A stretch of DNA of 64,000 nt from Chloroflexota bacterium (GTDB lineage: Bacteria; Chloroflexota; Dehalococcoidia; Lucifugimonadales; UBA3495): positions 2,455-66,454 of the forward strand of contig VXOG01000034.1 in the NCBI GenBank assembly GCA_009840165.1. The letters are read 5' to 3'. The number at the start of each line of letters is the position of its first letter. The first letter of the stretch is position 1. Made by a program: the position numbers and the translations under genes. Positions 9,102 to 17,061 of this stretch are shown here, one piece after another. The notes beneath the pieces were generated by a model. That model worked only from the letters and a program-made list of their open reading frames with translations, was not told where the DNA came from and ran no database searches.

Positions 9102-9986
9102 ATGGAAATTGGCGTTTCGGTTCCCATTGTAGAGATTGGCGACGACTTTGGCGCGCTGCGGGATTACATCCAGGCCGCTGAAGATTTGGGATACTCGCAC
9201 GTGCGCATCCTGGACCACGTGCTGGGCGCGGTGCCGGAGAAGCATCCGGAGGTTCCGCAGTTCCCTTATACGCACGAATCCTACATCCACGAGCCGTTCA
9301 CCCTGATGGCCTACCTGGCCGCCGTGACCAAGAAGATTGGGCTGACCACCGGCATCCTGATCCTGCCTCAGCGTCAGACGGCGTTGGTTGCCAAGCAGGC
9401 GGCGGAGGTTGACCTGCTGTCCGGAGGCCGGCTGCGATTGGGCATCGGCGTGGGCTGGAACTCGGTGGAGTACGAGGCGCTGGGCGTCGATTTCGCCACC
9501 CGGGGCAGCCGCTGCGATGAGCAGATCGAGGTACTGCGTCAACTGTGGACTGAGGAGGTCATCGACTTTCACGGCAAGTACCACGACATCACCCATGCCG
9601 GCATCAACCCGCTGCCGGTACAACAGCCCATTCCCATCTGGATCGGCGCCGGCCGCAGCACGTCGCCCACACCACCCAACGCAGCCATCCGACGCATCGG
9701 ACGGCTGGCTGACGGTTACTTCCCCATGTTCGCCCCCGACGCCGGGGGGCAGGCCATCCTGGGCCGCATCCGCGCCCAGGCCGAAGCGGTAGGCCGGGAT
9801 CCGTCGGAAGTCGGCTTCGAGGGCCGCATCACCATCACCGCCGACAACAACCCGGAAGACTGGCTCACCGAGCTGAAGTCATGGGAAGAAATCGGCGCAT
9901 CGCACATCGCCGCCGGCCTGCGCGGCGCTACGTCTCCGGACGCCCACATCGACGCCATCCGACGGCTGAAAGAGGCCACGGGGTAA
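9102..9986 (+). CDS. LLM-class F420-dependent oxidoreductase
   Basis: 294 aa. ...HVRILDHV..., AKQAAEVDLLSGGRLRLGIGVGW, WIGAG pattern of the short LLM/F420 class. Confidence 0.85.
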   Translation: MEIGVSVPIVEIGDDFGALRDYIQAAEDLGYSHVRILDHVLGAVPEKHPEVPQFPYTHESYIHEPFTLMAYLAAVTKKIGLTTGILILPQRQTALVAKQAAEVDLLSGGRLRLGIGVGWNSVEYEALGVDFATRGSRCDEQIEVLRQLWTEEVIDFHGKYHDITHAGINPLPVQQPIPIWIGAGRSTSPTPPNAAIRRIGRLADGYFPMFAPDAGGQAILGRIRAQAEAVGRDPSEVGFEGRITITADNNPEDWLTELKSWEEIGASHIAAGLRGATSPDAHIDAIRRLKEATG

Positions 9987-10000
9987 TTCGTGGGTTACGT

Positions 10001-10094
10001 TGTCATTGCGAGCGAAGCGTGGCAATCCCGTTCATTCAGCGGGATTGCCGCGTCACTGTACTCCTAGCGTGCCGAATAATTATTAGCCCCTACA
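10001..10094. repeat. Composite intergenic repeat: 'gtcattgcgagcg..ggcaatccc' element with hairpin, plus a half-copy of the 'cgaataattattNgcccctaca' element
   Basis: 10001-10032 matches 45263-45294 at 31/32 positions. Hairpin ggcaatcccg...cgggattgcc at 10021-10049. 10072-10094 matches the right half of the palindrome at 48207-48234. Confidence 0.8.
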
Positions 10095-10115
10095 ATCCCA
10101 CAAGGGAGAAAGTCA

Positions 10116-11051
10116 ATGAGTCAGCAAACCAACGGCAACCGTATCCGGCTGCGGGTAGCCTTCCGCAATATGTTCTACACCACAATTTACGCGGCGGTGG
10201 AGGGTGGGTTCCTGGCCGCTGAGGGTCTGGATATCGACTTTTCCCATATCCCAACGGGCCAGTCCAGCACCGACCTGCTCAAGTCCGGCGACATCGACAT
10301 CACGCAGAGCGGCATCAGCCGCAGCTTCATGGATCTGGATGCTGGCAGCGATGCCCCGCCCCTGCATATCGCCGAGATCAACCAGCGGGACGGGTTCTTC
10401 CTGCTGTCCAAGCGTCCAACCGACGGTTGGACGTGGGCAGACCTGGTTGGCGCAACGCTGATCCCGGTGGGATTCACGCCGGTTCCTTACACCACGTTGC
10501 AGGCCGCAATGCGCTGGCACGGGGTAGATCCGACCAGCATCAACCTGATGGGCGGACTGTCCGCCGAGGAAATGCTGGCCCGCTTCCGCAACGGCGACGC
10601 CGACTATCTGCAAGTTCCATATCCTTTTGCCGGGCAGTTGATTGATGAAGGCGCGGGCCACCTGGCGGTTACGCTGGGCAATGAGAGCGGTTACGTGTGC
10701 TACAGCAGCTTTGCGGCCACGCCGGAGTATGTGGCGCAAAATCCCGACACCGTGCAGCGGTTCGTCAACGGCTACGCCCGTGCCCAACAGTGGGTTGCAG
10801 ACAATGAACCCGCGGCCGTGGCCGAATGTATCACGCCGGTTTTCCCCGAATACGACAAGTCCTTGTTGTCTGATGGGGTGCGCCGCTACAAGCAGGCCGG
10901 CGTGTGGGCCACCAATCCGATGATCGGCCGCGAAGGTTTTGACCGGATGCGCGACGCCCTGATCAACGGCGGTTTGGTGCGGGAACCCCATCCTTACGAG
11001 AACATCGTCACGCCAGGGTTTGCGGAGCGTGCGATGGCGCGTTTGGCGTAA
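10116..11051 (+). CDS. NMT1/THI5-like (NitT/TauT-type) substrate-binding-fold protein with no evident signal peptide
   Basis: 311 aa. ...FYTTIYAAVEGGFLAAEGLDIDF... typical of NMT1-like SBPs. The N-terminus is hydrophilic. Confidence 0.7.
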   Translation: MSQQTNGNRIRLRVAFRNMFYTTIYAAVEGGFLAAEGLDIDFSHIPTGQSSTDLLKSGDIDITQSGISRSFMDLDAGSDAPPLHIAEINQRDGFFLLSKRPTDGWTWADLVGATLIPVGFTPVPYTTLQAAMRWHGVDPTSINLMGGLSAEEMLARFRNGDADYLQVPYPFAGQLIDEGAGHLAVTLGNESGYVCYSSFAATPEYVAQNPDTVQRFVNGYARAQQWVADNEPAAVAECITPVFPEYDKSLLSDGVRRYKQAGVWATNPMIGREGFDRMRDALINGGLVREPHPYENIVTPGFAERAMARLA

Positions 11052-11085
11052 GCGGCATGGTCAGCGTATGATGTAATAGGTCGGA

Positions 11086-11340
11086 TTGTTCCATTTCGGC
11101 GAAAGCGCCCAGAGGTTAATGGTGAGCGCGGCACGGATCAGCATTCTCTTTTTCGGGTTGGTAGCGATCCTGCTCCTAGGGACTTGGGGCTGGACTGCAT
11201 TAACCAACGCAGTGTACAGAGCCGAAGCCGGTGACATCATAATCGGATTGACGGTGTACGGAGTGGCGAGTCTAGTCTTTGCCGTTGTTGCCGGGTACAC
11301 GTACTTGGTGATTTGGTTCAAGGACGATGCTCCGGACTGA
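11086..11340 (+). CDS. Hypothetical small membrane protein
   Basis: 84 aa with two hydrophobic helices. Lower GC than its surroundings. Confidence 0.4.
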   Translation: MFHFGESAQRLMVSAARISILFFGLVAILLLGTWGWTALTNAVYRAEAGDIIIGLTVYGVASLVFAVVAGYTYLVIWFKDDAPD

Positions 11341-11650
11341 AACAGCTGGGTCAAAGCGATCATATGACCGGAATGTCGGTTGGTGCCGTTTCTGGGTGGG
11401 CGTCAGCTTGGCGATTGCTACGCTGACGTTCACGTTTGCCGTAGAGCGAGTGTTCGACCCTGCTACGGCTCTTAGAGGTTCGGCAGAAACGGAGAGCATA
11501 GGTCAAGTCGAAGTGATCAGCGTCGTCAGTATTGGTGTTGTATTTACACTCATCCTACTCTCGGCCGTTTGTGCAGTTCTCTCAGCTCGGTTCAGGACTC
11601 TGTACCGTCGCGACGATGCCGCACTCTCTTACACTGAGGGGAAAAACTAG
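11327..11650 (+). CDS. Hypothetical small membrane protein
   Basis: 107 aa with two hydrophobic helices. Overlaps the previous ORF by 14 nt. Confidence 0.4.
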   Translation: MLRTETAGSKRSYDRNVGWCRFWVGVSLAIATLTFTFAVERVFDPATALRGSAETESIGQVEVISVVSIGVVFTLILLSAVCAVLSARFRTLYRRDDAALSYTEGKN

Positions 11651-11661
11651 GAGGCCACACA

Positions 11662-12414
11662 ATGAGGCTGGAAGGCAAAGTCGCAATCATCACCGGCGGC
11701 GCGCGCGGACAGGGCGCCACCGAAGCCAGGATGTTTGCCCAGGAAGGCGCGAAGGTGGTCATCGGCGACGTGCGGGACGAACTCGGTATGCAGGTGGAAG
11801 CCGAGATTCGCGAACTGGGCGGCGAGGCGGTTTACCTGCACCTGGACGTGACCAACGCCGATGACTGACAAAACGCCGTGGATACCGCCGAGCAGCGATT
11901 TGGCAAGGTGGACGTGCTGGTGAACAACGCCGCCATCGTGCTGCGGAAGGACATCGAGGAAACCACCTCCGAAGACTGGGACAACATCATGGACGTCAAC
12001 GCCAAGGGCGTATTCCTGGGCACCAGGGCCGTGATACCCGCCATGCGTCGGGCCGGCGGTGGCAGCATCATCAATATCTCGTCGATCAGCGGTTTGGTGT
12101 CCATCGGCCCGCCGGCATACATCGCCACCAAGGGCGCGGTCCGCCTGTTCACCAAGTCCACTGCTATCCAGTACGCTGCGGAAAACATCCGCGCCAACTC
12201 CATTCACCCGGGCGCCGTGGACACTGATATGCGCCGCGGCGGGCTGGAAAATCAAACGGCCGAAGAGATCCAGGAGCGACTGAGTCAGATTCCCTTGGGC
12301 CGCGTGGGCACCACCGAGGATATATCGTACGGGGCACTGCTCCTGGCGTCCGAAGAGTCCTCGTTCATGACGGGCAGCGAACTGGTCATCGACGGCGGCT
12401 ATACCGCGAAGTGA
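11662..12414 (+). pseudogene. Short-chain dehydrogenase/reductase (SDR) interrupted by a single in-frame TGA (11866-11868)
   Basis: TGGARGQG cofactor motif, NNAAI, S...Y..TK catalytic residues. Track ORFs 11662-11868 and 11878-12414 share one frame: ...LDVTNADD[TGA]QNAVDTAEQRFGKVDVLVNNAAI. Confidence 0.8.
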
Positions 12415-12424
12415 AGCGCAGATA

Positions 12425-12787
12425 ATGCTGAACATCGCCGAAGAATTGCTGCTCCTGCTTATGGACGAAGACAGCGGGGAATATACCCCGGTTCCGGAAC
12501 GCACGCTCGGCTACGCGCTGACCGGGGCGACGTTAATTGAGCTGGAACTACGGCATCGCATTGACGTAGGCCCCGAGGCGCTGGTTGTAGCCGACCCAAC
12601 GCCAGTGGGTGATGACCTGCTGGACCCGGTTCTGGCCGATATGGTGTCGGTGTCGCGTAACGCTGCCCACAATGCTGAGTTCTGGGTTCGGCGAATAGCG
12701 CAAAGTTCGGATGAACTACTGACCCGGGCACTTGCGGGGCTGGCCGCCCAAGGCATGATCGAAGCCGATGAAAATCGAAGCCGATGA
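12425..12787 (+). CDS. GPP34/GOLPH3-like domain, N-terminal fragment (truncated by a frameshift)
   Basis: MLNIAEELLLLLMDEDSGEY... is the characteristic GPP34-family start. The ORF ends a few codons after the 16-bp duplication. Confidence 0.65.
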   Translation: MLNIAEELLLLLMDEDSGEYTPVPERTLGYALTGATLIELELRHRIDVGPEALVVADPTPVGDDLLDPVLADMVSVSRNAAHNAEFWVRRIAQSSDELLTRALAGLAAQGMIEADENRSR

Positions 12788-12789
12788 AA
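12758..12789. repeat. Perfect 16-bp tandem duplication causing a frameshift
   Basis: atcgaagccgatgaaa at 12758-12773 and again at 12774-12789. Removing one copy joins the two ORFs as ...GMIEADESGFFFLS... Confidence 0.95.
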
Positions 12790-14456
12790 GCGGCTTCTTC
12801 TTCCTGTCTCGCCGCGCCACTCTTGCCCGTCGCCATGCAGCGACTCAAAGCCAGCAAGCGGAGGAAACCCGTCAACGTATATTGCAGGCGATTTTCAGCG
12901 ACATCATCCCGGATACCAGGGACATAGTTATCATCAGCCTGGCCCATGCCTGCGACATATTCCAGCGGATATTGCCGACTGACGAGTACGAAGAGGCACG
13001 CGAGCGGATCGAACTAATTTCCCGTCTGGAGATGATAAGCCGGTCGGTCATCGACGGCATTCGCAACTTGACGCTGGCGGAAGCCTACGCCCGGCGTCGT
13101 GGCATACAGGAAAAGGGCGGCGGCTGGCCGCGTGCATCGGGGCATTTGCCCATCATCGGCCACGTGCTGCAATTCCGCAAAACGATAAACGGATTTCTAA
13201 CGGAACAGTACCGAAACCTGGGGCCGGTGTTTGAAGTATCGTTACTCGGCAAAAAGTGGCTGGTGCTGGCCGGGCCGGAAGCGAATCGCTTTCTAATGCG
13301 AGAAGGCCGGGATTGCCTGCATAACGATCATGTGGCGTGGCAGGGGTTCGCCCAACAATTCGGTGGTACCAGGTCCCTGGCCGGGATGGACGGCCCGGAG
13401 CACGTGCGTCTGCGGCGGCTCATGCGGGACGGCTACTCCCGCGGTCAGCTGGTGAAAGATATACCTCAGGCCGTGGCCATAGTAGAGAACGAGATGCGGC
13501 AATGGCCGGAAAATCGTCCAGTTTCAGTTTATCCCAGCGTACAGCGCATGGTCGTGGACCAACTGGGCACATTGATGTCCGGCATATCTCCCAAGGAACA
13601 CGTTGACGATATACTAACCTTTATCCACGCGCTGGAAATGGTCTATATGGCCAGGATGTACCCGAAGTTTATGGCATATACGCCGAAGGTTCGGCGAGCG
13701 CGCCGGCGTGTCGAAGCGCTCTTTGAGCAAGTGCTCGCCGCCCACGAGCCGACGCTGCGCTCCGAGGAAACGCCAAATCTCTCCGACATCCTGATGGAAA
13801 CGAGGCGTTCGGCGCCCGACTTTATCACGGATACCGACCTGTTCGTTGACTCCATAGGGCCGTATCTGGCCGGGGCGGACACCTCATCCTCAGCAACCTC
13901 CCTCATGCTCTACTCGCTGCTGAAGCATCCCGACGTGCTGGAGCGTGTGCGCGATGAGGCCGATCACCTGTTTGCCGATGGCGCGCCAACGGCGACCGGC
14001 CTGAATGATCTGCCGGTCACCCAGCGGGCGATTCAAGAAACGCTGCGACTGCATCCCATCGTCCCGGTAATGGTGCGCACGGTGGCGAACTCCTTTGAAT
14101 TCGCCGGCTACTGGATTCCCGCCGGGACGTCGGTGTGGGTGGCCATGCCGGTTTCGCATCATTTACCCGAGCTGTACCCTGATCCGGAGCGTTTTGACAT
14201 TGACCGCTTTTTGCCGGAGCGTCGGGAGCACGGGCAGCCGGGAGCTTACACGCCGTTCGGATTCGGGCCGCACAGTTGCCTCGGCCAGGGAGCGGCGCAG
14301 GCCCAAATGACCCTCATCATCGCAACAATCCTGCATCGAGCGGACATCGTCCTGGACCCGCCCGATTACCAGATGAAATTGGATTCCATACCCGTACCAT
14401 CACCGAACCGCAGTTTCAAAATCCGGCTGACGCAATGGCGTCAGAAGGGAGGATAG
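12768..14456 (+). CDS. Cytochrome P450 preceded by the continuation of the GPP34-like domain
   Basis: ExxR (ETLRL) and heme loop FGFGPHSCLGQG. The first roughly 95 aa are not P450-like and continue the upstream GPP34-like ORF. Confidence 0.85.
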   Translation: MKIEADESGFFFLSRRATLARRHAATQSQQAEETRQRILQAIFSDIIPDTRDIVIISLAHACDIFQRILPTDEYEEARERIELISRLEMISRSVIDGIRNLTLAEAYARRRGIQEKGGGWPRASGHLPIIGHVLQFRKTINGFLTEQYRNLGPVFEVSLLGKKWLVLAGPEANRFLMREGRDCLHNDHVAWQGFAQQFGGTRSLAGMDGPEHVRLRRLMRDGYSRGQLVKDIPQAVAIVENEMRQWPENRPVSVYPSVQRMVVDQLGTLMSGISPKEHVDDILTFIHALEMVYMARMYPKFMAYTPKVRRARRRVEALFEQVLAAHEPTLRSEETPNLSDILMETRRSAPDFITDTDLFVDSIGPYLAGADTSSSATSLMLYSLLKHPDVLERVRDEADHLFADGAPTATGLNDLPVTQRAIQETLRLHPIVPVMVRTVANSFEFAGYWIPAGTSVWVAMPVSHHLPELYPDPERFDIDRFLPERREHGQPGAYTPFGFGPHSCLGQGAAQAQMTLIIATILHRADIVLDPPDYQMKLDSIPVPSPNRSFKIRLTQWRQKGG

Positions 14457-14460
14457 AATC

Positions 14461-15723
14461 ATGGCGGCTTCCCCTCAACCCGCTCCGCGTTATCACGACC
14501 TCGACGCTTTGCGCGCCGTGGCTACGTTGCTTGGCATCGCGCTGCACGGCGCCTTCTTCGTGCTGCCCGAGCTGATTTACCCCTGGCCGGTGCATGACAA
14601 ATCCGTCGGCAACGACCCGACCTATCACATCATCCTTGACATCACCCACGGTTTGCGGACTCCGGTGTTTTACTTGCTCAGCGGCCTGTTCAGCGTATTA
14701 CTCTGGGAACGCCGAGGTCTGCACTCGCTGGGGATGCAGCGGCTCAAGCGCCTCGGTCTTCCGCTGGCCGTCGGGTGCTTCACGATAATTCCGCTCACTG
14801 CCCTGGCCATGGCCTTGACCTCGGGGAGGGAACATCCATACGACTTCCCATTCTGGGCCTTGCCGTTCATCTGGCTCTTCGCCACGATGCACCTGTGGTT
14901 CCTCTGGAACTTGCTGCTGATGGTTGGCGTCTTTATCATTCTGGCCAAACCTTCTATCGTTCTGGCGCCGCTGTTTGGCGTCCTGGCCCGGCTGGGGCTG
15001 CGCTTCGACGTGAGTAGGCTGGACCGGCTGGGAGTGCAATTCCGCAACCCGAAAATCTGGTTGCTGACCATTCCGATTTCAGCGGCGGCCTCTCTGCTGA
15101 TGCAGGAACCCATCTTTGGGGCCGACTCCCTGCAAAGCCTGATCCCCAAGCCGGCTACGTTTGTCTTCTACACCTGCTTCTTCTTTTTCGGCGCGTTTCT
15201 CTACCAGCAGGGCGTCGCGGTGCGCCGCTGGTGGACAATCGCCCTGCTGCCCGCGGCAGTCACCTTCTGCATTGGCTTCCTCTTGCTCCGGGAGTATGCC
15301 GCGGAGGCCAAGCCTTTCACTCACGGGGAGTTGCCCGAACTCGTTTGGATGTTCAGCAACCGGCTAACGGCGATCAGCGCTCTGGCTGAAACGGCCTTTG
15401 CCTGGCTGACGTGTTTCGGCATGATGGGACTGTTCCGCTGGCTGCTTTCCCGCCCCAGCTTCACGGTGCGATACCTCTCCGACGCCAGTTATTGGATCTA
15501 CCTGGCGCATCTTCCGCTGATTATTGTGGCTCACTGGCTGGTCGTCGATTGGCCCATCAGCTACCACCTGAAGTACGTCCTGGCCTGTGTCGGCGTCACC
15601 GTAGTGCTGGTGATTTCCTATCAACTCTTCATCCGCTACACGTTCATCGGCAACGTTTTGAACGGCCCCCGGACCCGGCGGAAGTCGCAGCCGCGTCCGG
15701 CGGCAACGCAAAGCGCGTCATGA
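14461..15723 (+). CDS. Acyltransferase family 3 integral membrane protein
   Basis: 420 aa, about 10 TM segments. N-terminal YHDLDALRAVATLLGIALH motif of acyltransferase_3. Starts 5 nt after the P450 stop, with a GGAGGA RBS. Confidence 0.85.
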   Translation: MAASPQPAPRYHDLDALRAVATLLGIALHGAFFVLPELIYPWPVHDKSVGNDPTYHIILDITHGLRTPVFYLLSGLFSVLLWERRGLHSLGMQRLKRLGLPLAVGCFTIIPLTALAMALTSGREHPYDFPFWALPFIWLFATMHLWFLWNLLLMVGVFIILAKPSIVLAPLFGVLARLGLRFDVSRLDRLGVQFRNPKIWLLTIPISAAASLLMQEPIFGADSLQSLIPKPATFVFYTCFFFFGAFLYQQGVAVRRWWTIALLPAAVTFCIGFLLLREYAAEAKPFTHGELPELVWMFSNRLTAISALAETAFAWLTCFGMMGLFRWLLSRPSFTVRYLSDASYWIYLAHLPLIIVAHWLVVDWPISYHLKYVLACVGVTVVLVISYQLFIRYTFIGNVLNGPRTRRKSQPRPAATQSAS

Positions 15724-15861
15724 TTTTGCGACACCACGCAGGCAGGTTCAATCAAGCGAGGACTGACCGATGACCACCTTGCCCCAAAAAGCCCTGGCCA
15801 CCCTCAGCGGCGAGGCCGGCGTCCCCAGCATCCACGCTGCCATTGCGCCGGGCGGATAGTC

Positions 15862-16389
15862 TTGGCTCGTTTCAGGGCATGCGCCGACTGCGGGCGGCGC
15901 ATACGTGGCAGATTCTTTCGTTGCCATCGATGTAACCAACGTCGCCGCAGGGGTCGCTGGCACGACCCCGAGCATCTGGACGGTTTGGAAAAGCGCGACG
16001 CGGAACTCGGCCGGACCGCGTTTTACGTTTACGTGCTGGACACTGATTATGGCCTTTACGTGGGCCACACCGCCAATGTGGGCGCCAGGGTGGGTGCCCA
16101 CGTTGCTGACGCGGTGGAGTCTACTGCCGGCGGCCAAGCCGAGTTGCTTTGGACTTCGTACCCGTTTCGCACCCGCCGAGAATCGGCGAGATTTGAAGCT
16201 GCACTGAAGTCCTTAAGGGACCAGCGTTCAGAACGATTCACAGAAATCACTGGCCTGGAACCCATTCCATTCGAGCCGGTTCCCAACGACGCCTCGCGTA
16301 CGCCGGCCGAACGACGCGGCTTCGGCCGTGGGCTGTTGAGTGTAATAGCGATGAGCGTAGTCCGCCTCTGGCGGATGGCAATTCGATGA
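15862..16389 (+). CDS. GIY-YIG nuclease-domain protein with an N-terminal zinc-ribbon-like CxxC...CxxC
   Basis: FYVYVLDTDYGLYVGHTANVGARVGAH fits GIY-(x)-YVG...R..H. N-terminus has CADCG...CHRCN. TTG start is uncertain. Confidence 0.6.
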   Translation: MARFRACADCGRRIRGRFFRCHRCNQRRRRGRWHDPEHLDGLEKRDAELGRTAFYVYVLDTDYGLYVGHTANVGARVGAHVADAVESTAGGQAELLWTSYPFRTRRESARFEAALKSLRDQRSERFTEITGLEPIPFEPVPNDASRTPAERRGFGRGLLSVIAMSVVRLWRMAIR

Positions 16390-16669
16390 CACTTCCTCCC
16401 TTGCCCCCACGCTTCCCTCGCCTCTACCATTTAACAATCGAATCTCCACATCTACCTGCCACCTGAACCTCGAGCCATCTTGCCCACGTCCCAACGCCCA
16501 ACACCACGCTTCCAACGCCGTTCCTCCAAACCCTCCCACCAACCCGCCAAGCGCCCTACTCAAATGATAGGAAATGAGCGGATATAAGCGGGTTTCCCCA
16601 AAAATCCCACCATCCCAATCCTATCCATCCTGTCCATCGATGTAAAAAACTCCCCCTCGAGGTACTCCC

Positions 16670-17023
16670 ATGACCATCTCCCAACTCCGCCGCCGCATCG
16701 ACGCCCTCAAACGCAAATTGGCTCGCGAACTCACCATCATCAAGCTCCGCCGCCTCGCCGAAGACATCTCCGACGAGTGGGGCACCTCCCAACCCCCGGA
16801 GCCGCCCGTCGTCATCCAGCGTATCGCCAAAGCCGGCTTCCGCCTGCCCACCTTCGTCCGTCTCCACTGCTACCTCGAGGACGTCCAACGGAGAGGCGAA
16901 GTCCCCGTCCCCAACACCATGGTGCTCAGTCTGCTGCCCTGGGCCGAAAACGACCGCTACGCCCGGCTGCTCCGCTTTGACCTTCCGCCTCAGTCCGGTA
17001 GTCGCCCGCATTTGCTGTTTTAG
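16670..17023 (+). CDS. Hypothetical protein (117 aa)
   Basis: ATG-initiated ORF after a roughly 280-nt G-poor spacer. No family recognised. Confidence 0.4.
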   Translation: MTISQLRRRIDALKRKLARELTIIKLRRLAEDISDEWGTSQPPEPPVVIQRIAKAGFRLPTFVRLHCYLEDVQRRGEVPVPNTMVLSLLPWAENDRYARLLRFDLPPQSGSRPHLLF

Positions 17024-17061
17024 ACCGATAATCGAAAGGCCCTGGGCGGAGGCTGTGGCTA

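Noticed and set aside
11866-11868. Genome-wide TGA reassignment (TGA=Trp or Gly) as an explanation for the in-frame TGAs in the SDR and the peroxiredoxin.
   Set aside because: TGA is used as an ordinary stop by well-delimited genes here, for example at 4061-4063, 7022-7024 and 15721-15723. The two cases also sit at different residue types (Trp versus catalytic Cys).
15770-15859. A 29-codon ORF upstream of the GIY-YIG gene as an N-terminal extension via stop-codon read-through.
   Set aside because: Recounting shows that its frame differs from the GIY-YIG ORF (TTG 15862), so simple read-through cannot join them.
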